A stretch of 64,000 bases of DNA from Histomonas meleagridis 2922-C6/04-290x (lineage: Eukaryota; Protista; Parabasalia), in NCBI GenBank assembly GCA_020184695.1, contig JAANOX010000205.1, positions 62,001 through 126,000 on the forward strand. Reading direction: 5' to 3'. The notes beneath the pieces were generated by a model. The model had not been told where the DNA came from. It was given only the letters and a program-made list of their open reading frames with translations, and did no database searches. A program made the translations under genes and the position numbers. Of the stretch, positions 52,450-64,000 are shown piece after piece; within the stretch, counting starts at the first letter, position 1, and the number at the start of each line of letters is the position of its first letter.

Positions 52450-52666
52450 TTATTTTCAACTTTTTAATTTTTTATATCACAAAGAACCGTTTATACAATC
52501 ATCGGAACGCGCCCATTATTTTGAATACTTTACGTATCAAATGCCGATAAGACGTTTAAAGTTTTATAGTTCATGTAAACTATAGAAAAATTACCAAAAG
52601 AAAACGTTCTACTCCAGCATTAACAGATCATCTTTTCGAAAAAAAGTTAATGTATTCATAATTTTA

Positions 52667-53575
52667 ATGATATATGTATTATGTCTTCGGTACACTCAAT
52701 CATATATCAATATTCAGATTTATGGACAGACACATAACTTTATCAATGTTTACATTGTTTCACTTGTTGGTTCTGATAATTGGAAGCGCTCATATGAACT
52801 CTATAAAACATGGGGTCAAGAGTTTGTTGAAAAATTTCATGGAGTTTTTAAATTTTCCTCATCTTCAATGAACAAAAGTTTCGAAAATATCACACTTTAT
52901 AATCCAAATGTTAGGTCCTATGGATACATTAAGCTTTTTCATCTATTCAATGATGCTGTTAAAGATTTTCTCGAGAATACAAATCTCCAATGGATTTATA
53001 GAACAACCGAGGATTGTTTTGTAAACTTGGAACTCTTTGAGAAATTCATGACCAATTTTAGTTCAATACATGATCCAAATTTGGAACTTATTGTAAAAGG
53101 ACATGCCATCAAAAATTCACGAAAGCTTTATTTCATTCATGGAGGTAGTGGATGGTTTATGTCTCGAGCAGCTGCAAAAATGTACTATGACCTTATTCCA
53201 ATAATTGAACCATACCAAATCCAAAATTCAATAACTGATGATGTTCTCATTTACAATTTCACCAAAAGAATGAACTTAACTTGCGAAGATGTTAATTTAA
53301 ATGAGTTTCTAGGCACGGCACTCTCAGACGATGACATTATCAGACTTGCAAATGGAAATTTTACAGATGTTCCCTACTGCAGTAAGCGCAAAAGCTTTTA
53401 TGATGACCTTCGTAGGATGAAAGACATAATTTTCTGGCATTCCGGAAAAGCTGATAATTTTCCAATGTATCATGGGAAAGAAGTCTATCCTCTTATGAAA
53501 GACAACTTATACTTCCAACGGTCATTACATTATACAGGCTTATGTTTAATGAATGAAACTAATTCTTATTTATAA
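52667..53575 (+). CDS. Fringe/GT31-like glycosyltransferase-fold protein
   Basis: QWIYRTTEDCFVN (DxD-like), FIHGGSGWFMSR, ITDDV motifs. Confidence 0.55.
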   Translation: MIYVLCLRYTQSYINIQIYGQTHNFINVYIVSLVGSDNWKRSYELYKTWGQEFVEKFHGVFKFSSSSMNKSFENITLYNPNVRSYGYIKLFHLFNDAVKDFLENTNLQWIYRTTEDCFVNLELFEKFMTNFSSIHDPNLELIVKGHAIKNSRKLYFIHGGSGWFMSRAAAKMYYDLIPIIEPYQIQNSITDDVLIYNFTKRMNLTCEDVNLNEFLGTALSDDDIIRLANGNFTDVPYCSKRKSFYDDLRRMKDIIFWHSGKADNFPMYHGKEVYPLMKDNLYFQRSLHYTGLCLMNETNSYL

Positions 53576-53641
53576 TTTTGTATACATGCACTCATTTGTC
53601 ACTTTTAATAAAGAACGATATAGAAATACTTTTTTATTTTG

Positions 53642-55681
53642 TTATACTTTTGAATCAGGAAGTGCTTCATAATCACCAGACTTACGCGCGCAAACACGCA
53701 TTTTTATGCATATAATAGTAACAAGTGGAATAAGAATTGCTGCTCCGAGAATTGATAAACCAATTATCATACCTTTACTGATTTTTGTTTCTTTTTTAGT
53801 TATATTTTCATCGTTTGGACATTCATTAATTATTTTTCCTTTTGAGATCGTGAACCCACAAAATGATTCACTTGAATATGAATGTTTAACCATTACAAGT
53901 GTTATATTTGTATTTACAAACGAATTATTATATCTGGGTTCAAGTTCTCCATAATAATATAAACATTTAAGTTTAGGACATTCAGAAAATGCATATTCCC
54001 TAATTTCAGAAACATCACCGATTGTTACTAATGTTAAATCTGAACATTTTGAAAAAGCATATTGTTTAATGGTTCGAAGAGTTGAAGGAATTATAATATT
54101 TGTTAATTTAGAGCATTCATAAAATGCATATTCACCAATAGAAAATAGTCCGATTCCTAAAGTAACATTAAATAAACTTGTACAAAATGCAAAAGCATTC
54201 GATTCGATGAAATTTAAATAATCAGGAATTTCGATCTTTTCTAATTTTGTACAATTATAAAATACATCAGATCCAAGTTTCAATAAATGTTGCTCAAGTT
54301 TAATACTCTTTAAGTTAGAACATTGTTGAAATGCTCCAGAAAGGATAAACAGAATCGAATTTGGTAATTCAATATTGGAAAGCATTAAACATTCCGCAAA
54401 AGCATATTCTTCAATTTCTGATAATATGCTATCTTCTTCAAATATAACATTTTCTAAGCTTTTACATTTGCAAAAAGAAGACATTCTAATTAACTGAACT
54501 GTCTTTGGAATATTAATTTTAGATAATTTGATACAATTATTAAATGCAAATGATGAAATTATTGATAAATTAAATACGTTACTTAATGTTACATCGTTTA
54601 AATTCGTACAGTTACAAAAACAATAAGGAGAAATAACAGTAATTAATTTTGGAATTGTAATACTTGTTAATGATATACATCCATAAAATGCTGATTCTCC
54701 AATAGTTTGTAATTCATTTCCAAATGTGACTAATGATAAATTATTACATCCTGAAAATACTTGAGTAGCAATTTTCTTTAATGAATTAGGAAGAGAAAGT
54801 TTTAAAAGTGAAATACAATTCTTAAATGATGCAAATTCAAGTGTTTCCAATTTATCATTAAATATAATTTCGGATAAAGAAGAACATTCAGAAAAAGCAG
54901 AATTACCGATATAAATTAATGATTTTGGAAATGAAATTTTCTCTAATTTATTGCATTTTTCAAACGCATTTTGATAAATACTTTCAATGGTATCACCAAA
55001 AGTAATCGTTTGTAAATTAGAACATTCGAAAAATGAAAAACTACCAATCGAAACAATTGGATTTGTAAGTGCAAGTTGGGCTAAACTTGTGCAAAGATAG
55101 AAAGAACGTTCACCAATTGTTTTAACACTTTCGCCAAATTTGATATTTGTCAAAGAAGTACATTTTTGAAATGCATTATCAGGAATTTCTTCAATATTTG
55201 AACCTATGACAAGATTCTCTAATTTACTGCAACCTGAAAATGAATTCACACCAAGCATTATGACTGTGTCTGGAATAGTAAGATCGACCAATGATTTACA
55301 ACTCGAAAATGAAACCAATCCAATTTTCAATAACCTCATTCCAAAATCGATTGTGGTTAAATTTGTACAAAGAGAAAAGGCTGAATCTGGTATTTCTTTA
55401 AGATTTGCAATGATAAGAGTTTTTAAACTTGTACACTTAGAAAATGAAGCTTCGCCAATTGATGTCACACAACTTGAAATGTTTACTGAGTATAACAATG
55501 ACCACCCATTAAATGCACTATCAGGAATAGTTGGAACATTATCAAATTCAAGAATTTTGGTTTTATTTTTGTAGTTTTTATATGTACCTTGTTCAAGGTC
55601 ACTAGGGCTAACAATCAATGTACCGTTTTCTTCTATAAAAGTTTGTTGTGTAAGGAGAAAAAATAGTGAAAAGAAAAACAT
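53642..55681 (-). CDS. BspA-like leucine-rich-repeat (LRR_5) surface protein with C-terminal TM
   Basis: About 20 TpLRR units (IGExAFxxCxxL), signal-like MFFFSLFFLL, TM IIGLSILGAAILIPLVTIIC; ATG at 55681. Confidence 0.93.
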   Translation of the reverse strand: MFFFSLFFLLTQQTFIEENGTLIVSPSDLEQGTYKNYKNKTKILEFDNVPTIPDSAFNGWSLLYSVNISSCVTSIGEASFSKCTSLKTLIIANLKEIPDSAFSLCTNLTTIDFGMRLLKIGLVSFSSCKSLVDLTIPDTVIMLGVNSFSGCSKLENLVIGSNIEEIPDNAFQKCTSLTNIKFGESVKTIGERSFYLCTSLAQLALTNPIVSIGSFSFFECSNLQTITFGDTIESIYQNAFEKCNKLEKISFPKSLIYIGNSAFSECSSLSEIIFNDKLETLEFASFKNCISLLKLSLPNSLKKIATQVFSGCNNLSLVTFGNELQTIGESAFYGCISLTSITIPKLITVISPYCFCNCTNLNDVTLSNVFNLSIISSFAFNNCIKLSKINIPKTVQLIRMSSFCKCKSLENVIFEEDSILSEIEEYAFAECLMLSNIELPNSILFILSGAFQQCSNLKSIKLEQHLLKLGSDVFYNCTKLEKIEIPDYLNFIESNAFAFCTSLFNVTLGIGLFSIGEYAFYECSKLTNIIIPSTLRTIKQYAFSKCSDLTLVTIGDVSEIREYAFSECPKLKCLYYYGELEPRYNNSFVNTNITLVMVKHSYSSESFCGFTISKGKIINECPNDENITKKETKISKGMIIGLSILGAAILIPLVTIICIKMRVCARKSGDYEALPDSKV

Positions 55682-56371
55682 GAACGATTGAAAAACGTTT
55701 TTCAACCCAAAACTGAACGTTCAAACAAAAAGTGTTCAAATTTTTTGACTTTCCCTGCTTGTAATTTAAATTATACAATTATAAATCCAATTAGTGATAT
55801 CACACGCAATTACAAAGGCGATCTTATTTCATTGTTTATGTCAAAAAATTTCTACCAGAAATAAAAAATAGATATCTATTTTAAGTCATCACTTGCGAAA
55901 TTAAAAATATCTTCACAGATATTTCTCATTTTGAGGCGTTGATTCTAAGAGGACATGCTATTTGACATCAAAAAAAGGATGATTGATTATTCGAGTTAAT
56001 TACTCCATACTTGTATAATAAAAAAAGACATGATTTTTGTCAGAAACTTGGTTTTTGCAGCTAAATATCAGCCATTACTTAAATGACAGAATATCAATTG
56101 AATGAAATCTTGTAACATATTTCAATGATAACCACAAACATTTTTTATCACTGGTCCTTATTTTGTACCAAAACCATGCTTTTGTTCATATATAAAATTT
56201 TAATAAATCTGAGAATGTCATTTTTTTGGGATTTTAACGAATTTTCTAACATCCAAGCTTATAAACTGTGCTGTTTAGGTTGAACAAAAAAGATATATTT
56301 AGTTTGACGAAAAAAATTCTTTAATTTTGTATTTAAGTTCAGATTTCAGTCAAATCCATTTATTAACGAGT

Positions 56372-56800
56372 TTACTTTTGCGAGTCTTCCAGAACAACAT
56401 AATGAAGGTATGGTGATATCAAAGGCCAATTTTCTGAAAACCATTTAATCAAAACGGTCTTTCTTCGTTTTGCATCTCGATCTAGCTTTACATTGGCATA
56501 ATTTGCAAGAACTTCTGCGATACTTAACAATTCTGGTTGCTTTATGTTTGTTCCAAATCTTTTGGTGATTTCTTTCCATGCTATGTTATCTTTAGGGTCA
56601 AACCCATGCAAGCGATCATTGATTCTTTCCTTTTCGCGGTTAGTTCCTGAATGAGGTGTTTGAGAAAATAATTGACATATTTCTGGATGAGATTGTAAAA
56701 TTGCTGCAATAGCATTGGGATCCGTAAGCTGCCCCTCCTTTATTGCTCCAGGGTTGTAGTTCTGTGCTGTAGGAGCTGTAACATCCTGACTGTTGCTCAT
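56372..56800 (-). CDS. Small conserved hypothetical protein (parabasalid-type ...LDRDAKRRKTVLIKWF... domain)
   Basis: 142-aa ATG-initiated ORF with coding-like composition. Confidence 0.7.
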   Translation of the reverse strand: MSNSQDVTAPTAQNYNPGAIKEGQLTDPNAIAAILQSHPEICQLFSQTPHSGTNREKERINDRLHGFDPKDNIAWKEITKRFGTNIKQPELLSIAEVLANYANVKLDRDAKRRKTVLIKWFSENWPLISPYLHYVVLEDSQK

Positions 56801-57449
56801 AATTTTTTAGAAAAATACCGCCAAACCGCCATCATTGTGCAATTGCTATTGAAATCTGCTAGTCAAAAGGTTTATTTTGACAGGTTTATTCAAAACCGTC
56901 AGACTCCAGCCAAAATTTTTCATTCTTGGTATATAATATTAGTAAATTCTCAAAGAAATCACGCATTTCAATAAAATCATTGTATAAAAACTATATTGTT
57001 TGGGGAAAGTCTTTGTTACTTTCTGATTTTATGTGATATAAAAAATTATGATTTATCTTTTCTGTAATCGAGAGGGAAAAGAAGCAATTTTACTTAGAAT
57101 TCATGTATGATTAAATAAATTATATCATATTTTTTAAAACCATTATTTGATAATAATATTTGAAATTTCAAAATTGGAAAAGTTAAAAAGATTTAAAAAA
57201 ATGGAAAGGGTTAAAATCCAGAAGCATTAAATGTAAAATGAAAGAATGTATTAAAAACTAATAAAATTAATAAAAAGAAAATTGATTAATCAAAATTGAT
57301 TTCATTTTTTAATCATTTTCATAAAATCTTTATTTCCAAAGGTTTAAGTGATTTTAAGTAGCGCAATAAAAAGAATTGTGCTGATTTTCTTAAAATGAAT
57401 CATTTGCTGAAAAAAAAATTTTGCAGCCGTTTATTTGGTTTTGGCGTGA

Positions 57450-60400
57450 ATGTTTTCTTTAATCTTTCTTTCATTAGTCAGTTCAACATTTCGACCAGAC
57501 CACGCAGTGTCTTTGGGCGCTGTAGCTCCATGGTATGGAGTTCCAATCTTTGAACAAGTTTTATCTTATTTTTCTGATTTTTCACAAGATTCTGCAAAAC
57601 TATTTTTGAAAGAAATTCTTGAAGCAAATGCCATTGATAATGATACTTACATTTTAGAGAAATCACAATCTATATTACCATCAGATGAATTTGCACTTTT
57701 ACAAGGAAAAATTGAAATTGGTTATTATCTTCCAAGAACAGAATTATATCGCGAAACAGCTAGAAGCATTTGTGGTAGTTCTTATCCTGATTTATTTGGA
57801 ATTGGAAAAGAATTATTAGATATACAAATTTCTAGTCAACAAGTTGAATTTTATGAGTTTGATTTAGTTTTTGGTGAACCTCATACAGCCGTTTATGCTA
57901 ATTTACACAATTCTACAGTATCAAAAATAATTCTTGATTTAATCAAATCAGATACATCCTTTGTATTAAGACCAATTGGAAGAACAAATGAATTTGGTGT
58001 TCCACTTAGAGGCTTTGGTATTGAAATGAGGCCATTTAAGTATTCAATGGAATATGGCGTTAAAGATTCAATTGTACTTGATGCAGCATCTACAAATAGC
58101 ACTGATGTTTATGATAAAACAGTTACCAAAGTCAAAGGCATACCAAATTCATATGTTGATGTATCTAACATTGATGACTTTGGTTCTTTATTTTCTGGTT
58201 TTGTACGTGACCAAGCTCAAGAAGGAAGAGAACTTATTGAAACACTTCGTGATGTTACCAATAATTATCCCTTATTTTTGTCAGATATCATAAATTCAGC
58301 ATCTGATACTCGTGGCTATAACCAAGTTTCCGATCTTATTGAACCGGGTACCACCATTTCCTCCATTAATGGCAGGAAATTTCCACTTGCCACTCTTGAT
58401 ATATTTACTTTATTAAATATAATTACTGAAGAAAAGAACATCCATAATATTCTTGAAAGCACATATAAACTTACACCTGAACAAATTATACGTCTCCTTA
58501 ATATTGATACTGGTGGTCGTGGGGGCTTTGTTTTACGATTTGACCCCAAATATATTCACTATTTAAACGACTTGGAAACCGATAGCGAATATTCTGAGTG
58601 GACTTCATCAGTGAAATCATTTTTGTTTTCGAGAGAACGTTTACCTCAAGTTCGTAAGAATTTAGTTAACGTGTTCCTAATCATTGATCCATCCACAAGT
58701 CGAGGGTTATCACAATTATATTCATCTACATATTTAATAGAAGATCAATTTCCAGTACGTATTGGAATTATTCCACATTTTACATTAACTAATCGACTTT
58801 CACGTAAAGTTGCATATGCATTTTATCATTTAAGTTATAAGGACGATCGGGGGGCGATTCAATTTTTACTTGATACAGTTAAATATTGTGGAATTAATGA
58901 AGAAACTGGAATGTTAAATAAGCCAACTGAACGACATTTTATTTCATCATATAATAACATTGTTAAAACCTTTGATGAGAAATGTTTAAGTTGGAATGAT
59001 TTACATGAATTATATGATGATGAATCCAAAGAAACAAAAACCATTTTAGAAACAAATAATTATTTATTTAATGTTGGTATTGATAAAGAAACATGTTTTC
59101 TAAATGGAAGAGAATTCATATTATATAATTATGGAATTCAAGGCTTAGCTTATGAGTTACAACGACTTTTAGGTTATATGCAACAAATTGTAAGTGAAAG
59201 TGACATTAAAACATTTGATGAAATTGATTTTTATGATTTAATGGCATATGAATTTTCGATTGTACCATCATTAGATAAGAAGATATTATTCGAACGACCT
59301 ATAGGTATTGGATTAATCCATAAAACATTGTCACAACAACAAATGTTTTTGGATTATTTATCTAACATTGAATGGAATTATACTGACGAAGGAAAAATCG
59401 GTTCGTTTTATATATTATTTAGTCAAAACGAAACTGAAATTAATAATTTCATTAAATTCTCTAAAGAAAATCATTCGGTTCCTGCAACGTTTGTTATTAA
59501 TCCCGAAATTACTGAACCAATTAAAAATATAATTGAATTAAATGGTAAGAAAACATTATTAATAGCTAATGGTCGATTATTTACCAAATTTACATATGAA
59601 CAATTAACATTAATTGACATATGGAGTAAGCGTTATGTTTATAATCGAATATCAAAGAATTTAATTAATATCAAATATAAACGAAGTGAAATATTAATGT
59701 ACTTAAGTTTTTTAGTGAATGATTGGCGTAGTGAAGAAATTGTTCGAAGATTTATTAATCCTGATATCTTTGAAATCGATTCACCATTAGTATATACAAA
59801 CAAAAATGATAATGAAATAATACATTGGGATATAATTGCTGATCCATTTACACGTGAATTTCAACGTGTATCAGATATAATTCATTATGTATCTACTAAA
59901 AATATCATTGATGTTCGTTTAATTGTTGTACCACCACCAACAATTAAAGATCCGATTTTAACATATTATCGAAATTCATTAACAGAAGATAATGTAATCT
60001 TTACTATGTTAAATGATACTACAACGTATTCAGTAATGCCTGATATGCCTGATTCATGGATTTATGAATCAATGAAAGCGACTGTTGATTTAGATAATAT
60101 ATTATTAAAAGAATTAAAGCCTTCAACACATGAAGGTAAATATATATTAACAAACATTAAAGCAGAAGGAACATGTGAAGATATAAATGGCGAAATAGCT
60201 GAAGGAGCTGAATTAGCATTATATGATTCACGTGATACTAAAATTAGTGATACAATTGTAATGATGTCAAATGGGTATTGGCAACTTGCAGCTAATCCCG
60301 GAATATATAAAATCGATTTAGGTGGAAAGCGATCTAAAATGATCTATAAAATGAAAACAAAACATATAATTGTTTCCACATTTGCACAACAACAAAACAA

Positions 60401-61337
60401 ATTATTAGTATCATATAATAAAGGTATGGAAGGTATTAAAGTATATAATATCACATCGAAAGATACAACTAATACTACACGCGTCGATGTCTTCTCCGTT
60501 GCAAGTGGACATTTATATGAACGATTATTAAAGATTATGATGTTAGCAATCCGAAGACAATCGAAATATAATGTTAAGTTTTGGATCATTAAAGCGTTCT
60601 TATCACCACAATTCAAAGCGACTTTACCAATAATGGCGAAGAAGTATAACTTTTCATATCAATTAGTATCATATAAATGGCCGAATTGGTTACGACCTCA
60701 ATTCGAAAAACAACGAATTATTTGGGGTAACAAAATATTGTTTTTAGATGTGTTATTCCCATTGGACTTAGAACGTGTAATATATATCGATTCGGATCAA
60801 ATAGTACGAACTGATTTGATCGAATTAATGAGAATGGATTTTAATGGAGCTCCTTACGCATTCACACCAATGTGTGATAGTCGAAAGGAAACTGAACCTT
60901 ATCGATTCTGGAAAACAGGATATTGGTACGATTATCTGAAAGGGAAAAAGTATCATATCTCCGCTTTGTTTGCTATTGATTTAATAAAATTTAGACAAAT
61001 GGCTGCAGGCGATTGGTTAAGATATCATTATCAACAATTGTCGGCTGACCCGAATTCTTTGGCTAATTTGGATCAGGATTTACCAAACTATGCACAACAT
61101 CATATACCAATTTATTCGTTGCCCCAAAATTGGTTATGGTGCGAAACTTGGTGCAGTGATGAAACAATGGATGATGCAAAGACAATCGATTTGTGTAATA
61201 ATCCATTGACTAAAAGACCTAAATTAGAAATAGCTCAAACAAGAGTAAAGGAATGGCCTGGCCTGGATGAAGAAGCTAGAAATATTACCGCTGATCAGGA
61301 TGCTTATGAGAAATATTTCTTCCCTGATAATAAATAA
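57450..61337 (+). CDS. UGGT: UDP-glucose:glycoprotein glucosyltransferase (GT24)
   Basis: Signal peptide; VFSVASGHLYERLLKIMM, WGNKILFLDVLFP, DSDQIVRTD, LANLDQDLPN, WLWCETWC, DLCNNPLTK. Confidence 0.96.
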   Translation: MFSLIFLSLVSSTFRPDHAVSLGAVAPWYGVPIFEQVLSYFSDFSQDSAKLFLKEILEANAIDNDTYILEKSQSILPSDEFALLQGKIEIGYYLPRTELYRETARSICGSSYPDLFGIGKELLDIQISSQQVEFYEFDLVFGEPHTAVYANLHNSTVSKIILDLIKSDTSFVLRPIGRTNEFGVPLRGFGIEMRPFKYSMEYGVKDSIVLDAASTNSTDVYDKTVTKVKGIPNSYVDVSNIDDFGSLFSGFVRDQAQEGRELIETLRDVTNNYPLFLSDIINSASDTRGYNQVSDLIEPGTTISSINGRKFPLATLDIFTLLNIITEEKNIHNILESTYKLTPEQIIRLLNIDTGGRGGFVLRFDPKYIHYLNDLETDSEYSEWTSSVKSFLFSRERLPQVRKNLVNVFLIIDPSTSRGLSQLYSSTYLIEDQFPVRIGIIPHFTLTNRLSRKVAYAFYHLSYKDDRGAIQFLLDTVKYCGINEETGMLNKPTERHFISSYNNIVKTFDEKCLSWNDLHELYDDESKETKTILETNNYLFNVGIDKETCFLNGREFILYNYGIQGLAYELQRLLGYMQQIVSESDIKTFDEIDFYDLMAYEFSIVPSLDKKILFERPIGIGLIHKTLSQQQMFLDYLSNIEWNYTDEGKIGSFYILFSQNETEINNFIKFSKENHSVPATFVINPEITEPIKNIIELNGKKTLLIANGRLFTKFTYEQLTLIDIWSKRYVYNRISKNLINIKYKRSEILMYLSFLVNDWRSEEIVRRFINPDIFEIDSPLVYTNKNDNEIIHWDIIADPFTREFQRVSDIIHYVSTKNIIDVRLIVVPPPTIKDPILTYYRNSLTEDNVIFTMLNDTTTYSVMPDMPDSWIYESMKATVDLDNILLKELKPSTHEGKYILTNIKAEGTCEDINGEIAEGAELALYDSRDTKISDTIVMMSNGYWQLAANPGIYKIDLGGKRSKMIYKMKTKHIIVSTFAQQQNKLLVSYNKGMEGIKVYNITSKDTTNTTRVDVFSVASGHLYERLLKIMMLAIRRQSKYNVKFWIIKAFLSPQFKATLPIMAKKYNFSYQLVSYKWPNWLRPQFEKQRIIWGNKILFLDVLFPLDLERVIYIDSDQIVRTDLIELMRMDFNGAPYAFTPMCDSRKETEPYRFWKTGYWYDYLKGKKYHISALFAIDLIKFRQMAAGDWLRYHYQQLSADPNSLANLDQDLPNYAQHHIPIYSLPQNWLWCETWCSDETMDDAKTIDLCNNPLTKRPKLEIAQTRVKEWPGLDEEARNITADQDAYEKYFFPDNK

Positions 61338-61502
61338 ATTTTATAATTTTTCAAAAAAATTGCAGCAATTAATGTAAAAATATAAAACCATCAAAATTGG
61401 TTTTATGTTATGAATAAGGAGGCCAACTCTTTTAAATGAAAATATCTTATTATAATTTTTCTTTTTCTATAACAATTAGGTTTATTATAAATATTTTTTA
61501 TT

Positions 61503-61763
61503 TTATCTTCATAATATTTGAATTTTTATAGAATTAAGACAGCTCTCGTTTTTGCATCTGAAAAAGGTTATAATAAAATTACTTATTAATCAAGAAAGAA
61601 TTGATGCAAAAGCTAAATATGTTGAATTGTTTTGCTTAATGTTTGTTTTGATAATTTTGTATATCAAAAAAAAATATTTGCAAATTGTTTAAAAATGCAC
61701 TTTTTTATGCAAATACAAATAATCATTCAGATATAGTTAAATTACTTCAAGAGAAAGTATAGT
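61503..61763 (+). pseudogene. Relic ankyrin repeats with degenerate 17-nt spacer block
   Basis: TALVFASEKGY...RIDAKAKY, then GTTGAATTGTTTTGCTT-AAT-GTTTGTTTTGATAATTT-TGT-..., then NALFYA...IVKLLQEKV*; contains a frameshift and no N-terminal domain. Confidence 0.65.
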
Positions 61764-61947
61764 TAAAAAAGATAACAATTCATGATGTTAATATCCAAAG
61801 ATGTTGAACATTATTTTATTTAAACAAATTCATCAATTCCCATTTGAATTGTATAAATAATTTTTGTGTTTCATAACATCATTTTTATCGATTTATTCTG
61901 TGTTTTCATCAAAAAATTTAAGCAGAAAATTTTAATAAAAATCATTT

Positions 61948-63837
61948 TTATTTATTCCGAAATTGTTGTTCAAATAAGTTATATGCATCAACCTGATTAT
62001 TTTTTATTGCTATATCCCAAGGGTATTCACCATTAAATAATAAAAAAGAACTTCTGTTTGTATATTTACATTAATTCCATTAAATGAAAGTAGAAGTGAA
62101 ATCATTTCACAATTTCCCGCAAAAGCAGCGAAATGAATTGGAGCCCAAAACAAAGAAAACAAACCCCAAAACACATAAAAAAACTCTTATTTCACAAATG
62201 TTAGGATCAATTCCTGGATAAGAAAGTAAAAGATGTGTTTCATGCAAAAAGTTTTTCTCGACAGCATAATGTAAAGCAGTATAAAATCATAAAAATAAAC
62301 GCCGATAATATTTTGATGATTAACATCGACACCTTCTTGTGATAAAAGAAAATGAATCGATTGAAGCATTCCATATTTAGCAGCCATTAGAAGAGGAGTA
62401 TTCAAATATAGAAAAGAAACTTCTTATGATCATCTGCATTTAAATCAATCTGAGAATTTATTAAAAGAATTCTAATTGCATCATGTTGATTGAATTTTAC
62501 TGCATAATGAAGAGGTGTTCTATTTAATAGATCACAAGCATTTATATCAATCGTATTAACAGCAACTAGAGTTAAGAGCGCATCTAATGTACAATGTTGA
62601 GCAGCATAATGTAAAGGAGTACGAAAAAATCAAAAGAAACATCAAAAAATTCGAAATTAATATTACTATCTCTGATATTTACATCAACACCGTTTTCTAA
62701 ACAATGTAAAATCACGCGAATATTATTATGTATTGAAGCATAATGTAATACGGATAGTTGATCACCATTACATTCATCTAATTGTATTTTATACTTACGA
62801 AGAAAATATAACATCAAATCAAACCTTTGGAATTCAATTGAAGTTTCAATGATTCCATCAGTTTTGAAATGTTTTCGTTCGCATATTTTAATGATCGATT
62901 TATTTCCTCCAGCAACAGCATATTGAAATACTGTTCGATTCAGATCATCTGTTAAGTTTGGATTAATGCCATCAGCCAATTCTGTGTCTTCATGATCAAT
63001 TATATCGTGATCAATATCCTTTAAAAGTAAATTAGTAAAACATTTCGATGCGCCATAATATGCTGCAAACTGTAACAATGTTGGATTATGGCGAACAAAA
63101 TCACAACGCTCAAAAAGAGAGTTTTCAACTCGCATATTATAATCTATATGTGAAACTGTGGATTGACTAAAATAATCACGAAAATGTTCAACATCATCTT
63201 TACGAATAAAATATTGAATTGATCCTTTATAATAACCAGTCTTAAAGAGTTCTTTATGAAGCTCCCAATCATTATCACGAAGCTGATTAAATCTGTTAAC
63301 AAAAAATTGGAATTCGCTATTAAGGTTTGGGAATTGTTGATGAATAAGATTTGTCAATTGACAAAAAATATCTGGATCTGACTGCTCTATAAGTGGTGAA
63401 AACCAACAATAAAGAAGAAATAAAGAGTCACCAACGGGATATGTCTTCATTAAATTGATAACTTCTTCAAATGTTACAACTCCCTGTGTAATGGCATTGA
63501 GTAAAAAAGACCTATACCACCGCTGATTAGGGAGATCGGTTGGTATAATTAAATTCTTGAGAATATGCAATGAATTCCATGGAAATGAATTATCAATTAA
63601 AATTTTAACAAGCTGTACCAAATAACTTATGGACCATGAGCGGTGATTTGCTGCATTAAATATATTATATGCAACCTGTTTAACTGAATCTTCTGTTGCT
63701 ACTAAATCTGTTGCCAATAAATCGCTTGCTAATTGTTCAACATTATCTTTTGAAATATTAGAAAGGGCTTCTTGAAATGCAACTGTACACAATGCCCTCC
63801 TTAAATCAATCGGAGAAAAAAGATTTGATAAATCCAT
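61948..63837 (-). CDS. Ankyrin-repeat/DUF3447-type gene E; open (589 aa) after removing seven 17/18-nt spacers
   Basis: 1890 nt minus (6x17 + 18) = 1770 nt = 590 codons; restored loops RDSNDRTPLH, DDHKKNTPLL, QNIIGYTALH, CEIRGWAPIH, QTENGEYPW. Confidence 0.88.
62035..62661 (-). other. Seven GTT/ATT...TTT mini-spacers in gene E
   Basis: 62644-62661 (18 nt), 62624-62640, 62404-62420, 62284-62300, 62168-62184, 62148-62164, 62035-62051 (17 nt each). Confidence 0.88.
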
Positions 63838-64000
63838 AATTTTGGTCAGATAACCGAAATTTTGTTGAAGATGAAAATTTTACCTCAAAGAAAACATCCA
63901 AATTTAAAGCACATTTTTAGAAATTTATAAAGAGAAAATTAAAAATCACATAAGCTTTATAAAAGAAATAATAATAAAAAATTATTGATCAATTATTTTT

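Noticed and set aside
62621-62667. -1 ribosomal frameshifting on U-rich slippery sites as the explanation for the inserts
   Set aside because: It fits one site (T TTT TTC), but many blocks have early in-frame stops (e.g. ATT TAA at 16820, CGA TAA at 16652) and the 46-nt loop at 62145-62190 needs a different net shift.

Overview
AT-rich eukaryotic genomic DNA, inferred to be a parabasalid (Tritrichomonas-like) from BspA LRR proteins, DUF3447-type ankyrin genes and compact intron-poor genes. Recognisable genes include RPL5, MCMBP, a STE20 kinase, an importin-beta-like protein, TOR, a kinesin-9-like protein, an FKBP, a RapGAP/tuberin-like protein, BspA and UGGT, plus a U2 snRNA gene missed by the ORF track. 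The main discovery is in four ankyrin-repeat genes (14.7, 21.3, 39.4 and 61.9-63.8 kb) and one relic. They look broken, but the D-x-x-G-x-T beta-hairpin loop of most C-terminal repeats is written one codon at a time, with codons separated by 17-nt AT-rich spacers (mostly RT...TTT, no AG acceptor, no branch motif). A typical block is 4 x (17+3) = 80 nt. Removing the roughly 85 spacers restores canonical loops (KYGE, CRGY, EYGK, HMGE, IRGW) with no stop codons and gives full-length open frames in three genes. This points to an apparently undescribed non-canonical mini-intron / single-codon micro-exon system. Other highlights: a surface InlB-B-repeat protein with an IdeS/Mac-1 IgG-protease domain carrying Cys->Ser, an AAA-TAA +1 frameshift in a surface-protein gene, and several pseudo-enzymes.
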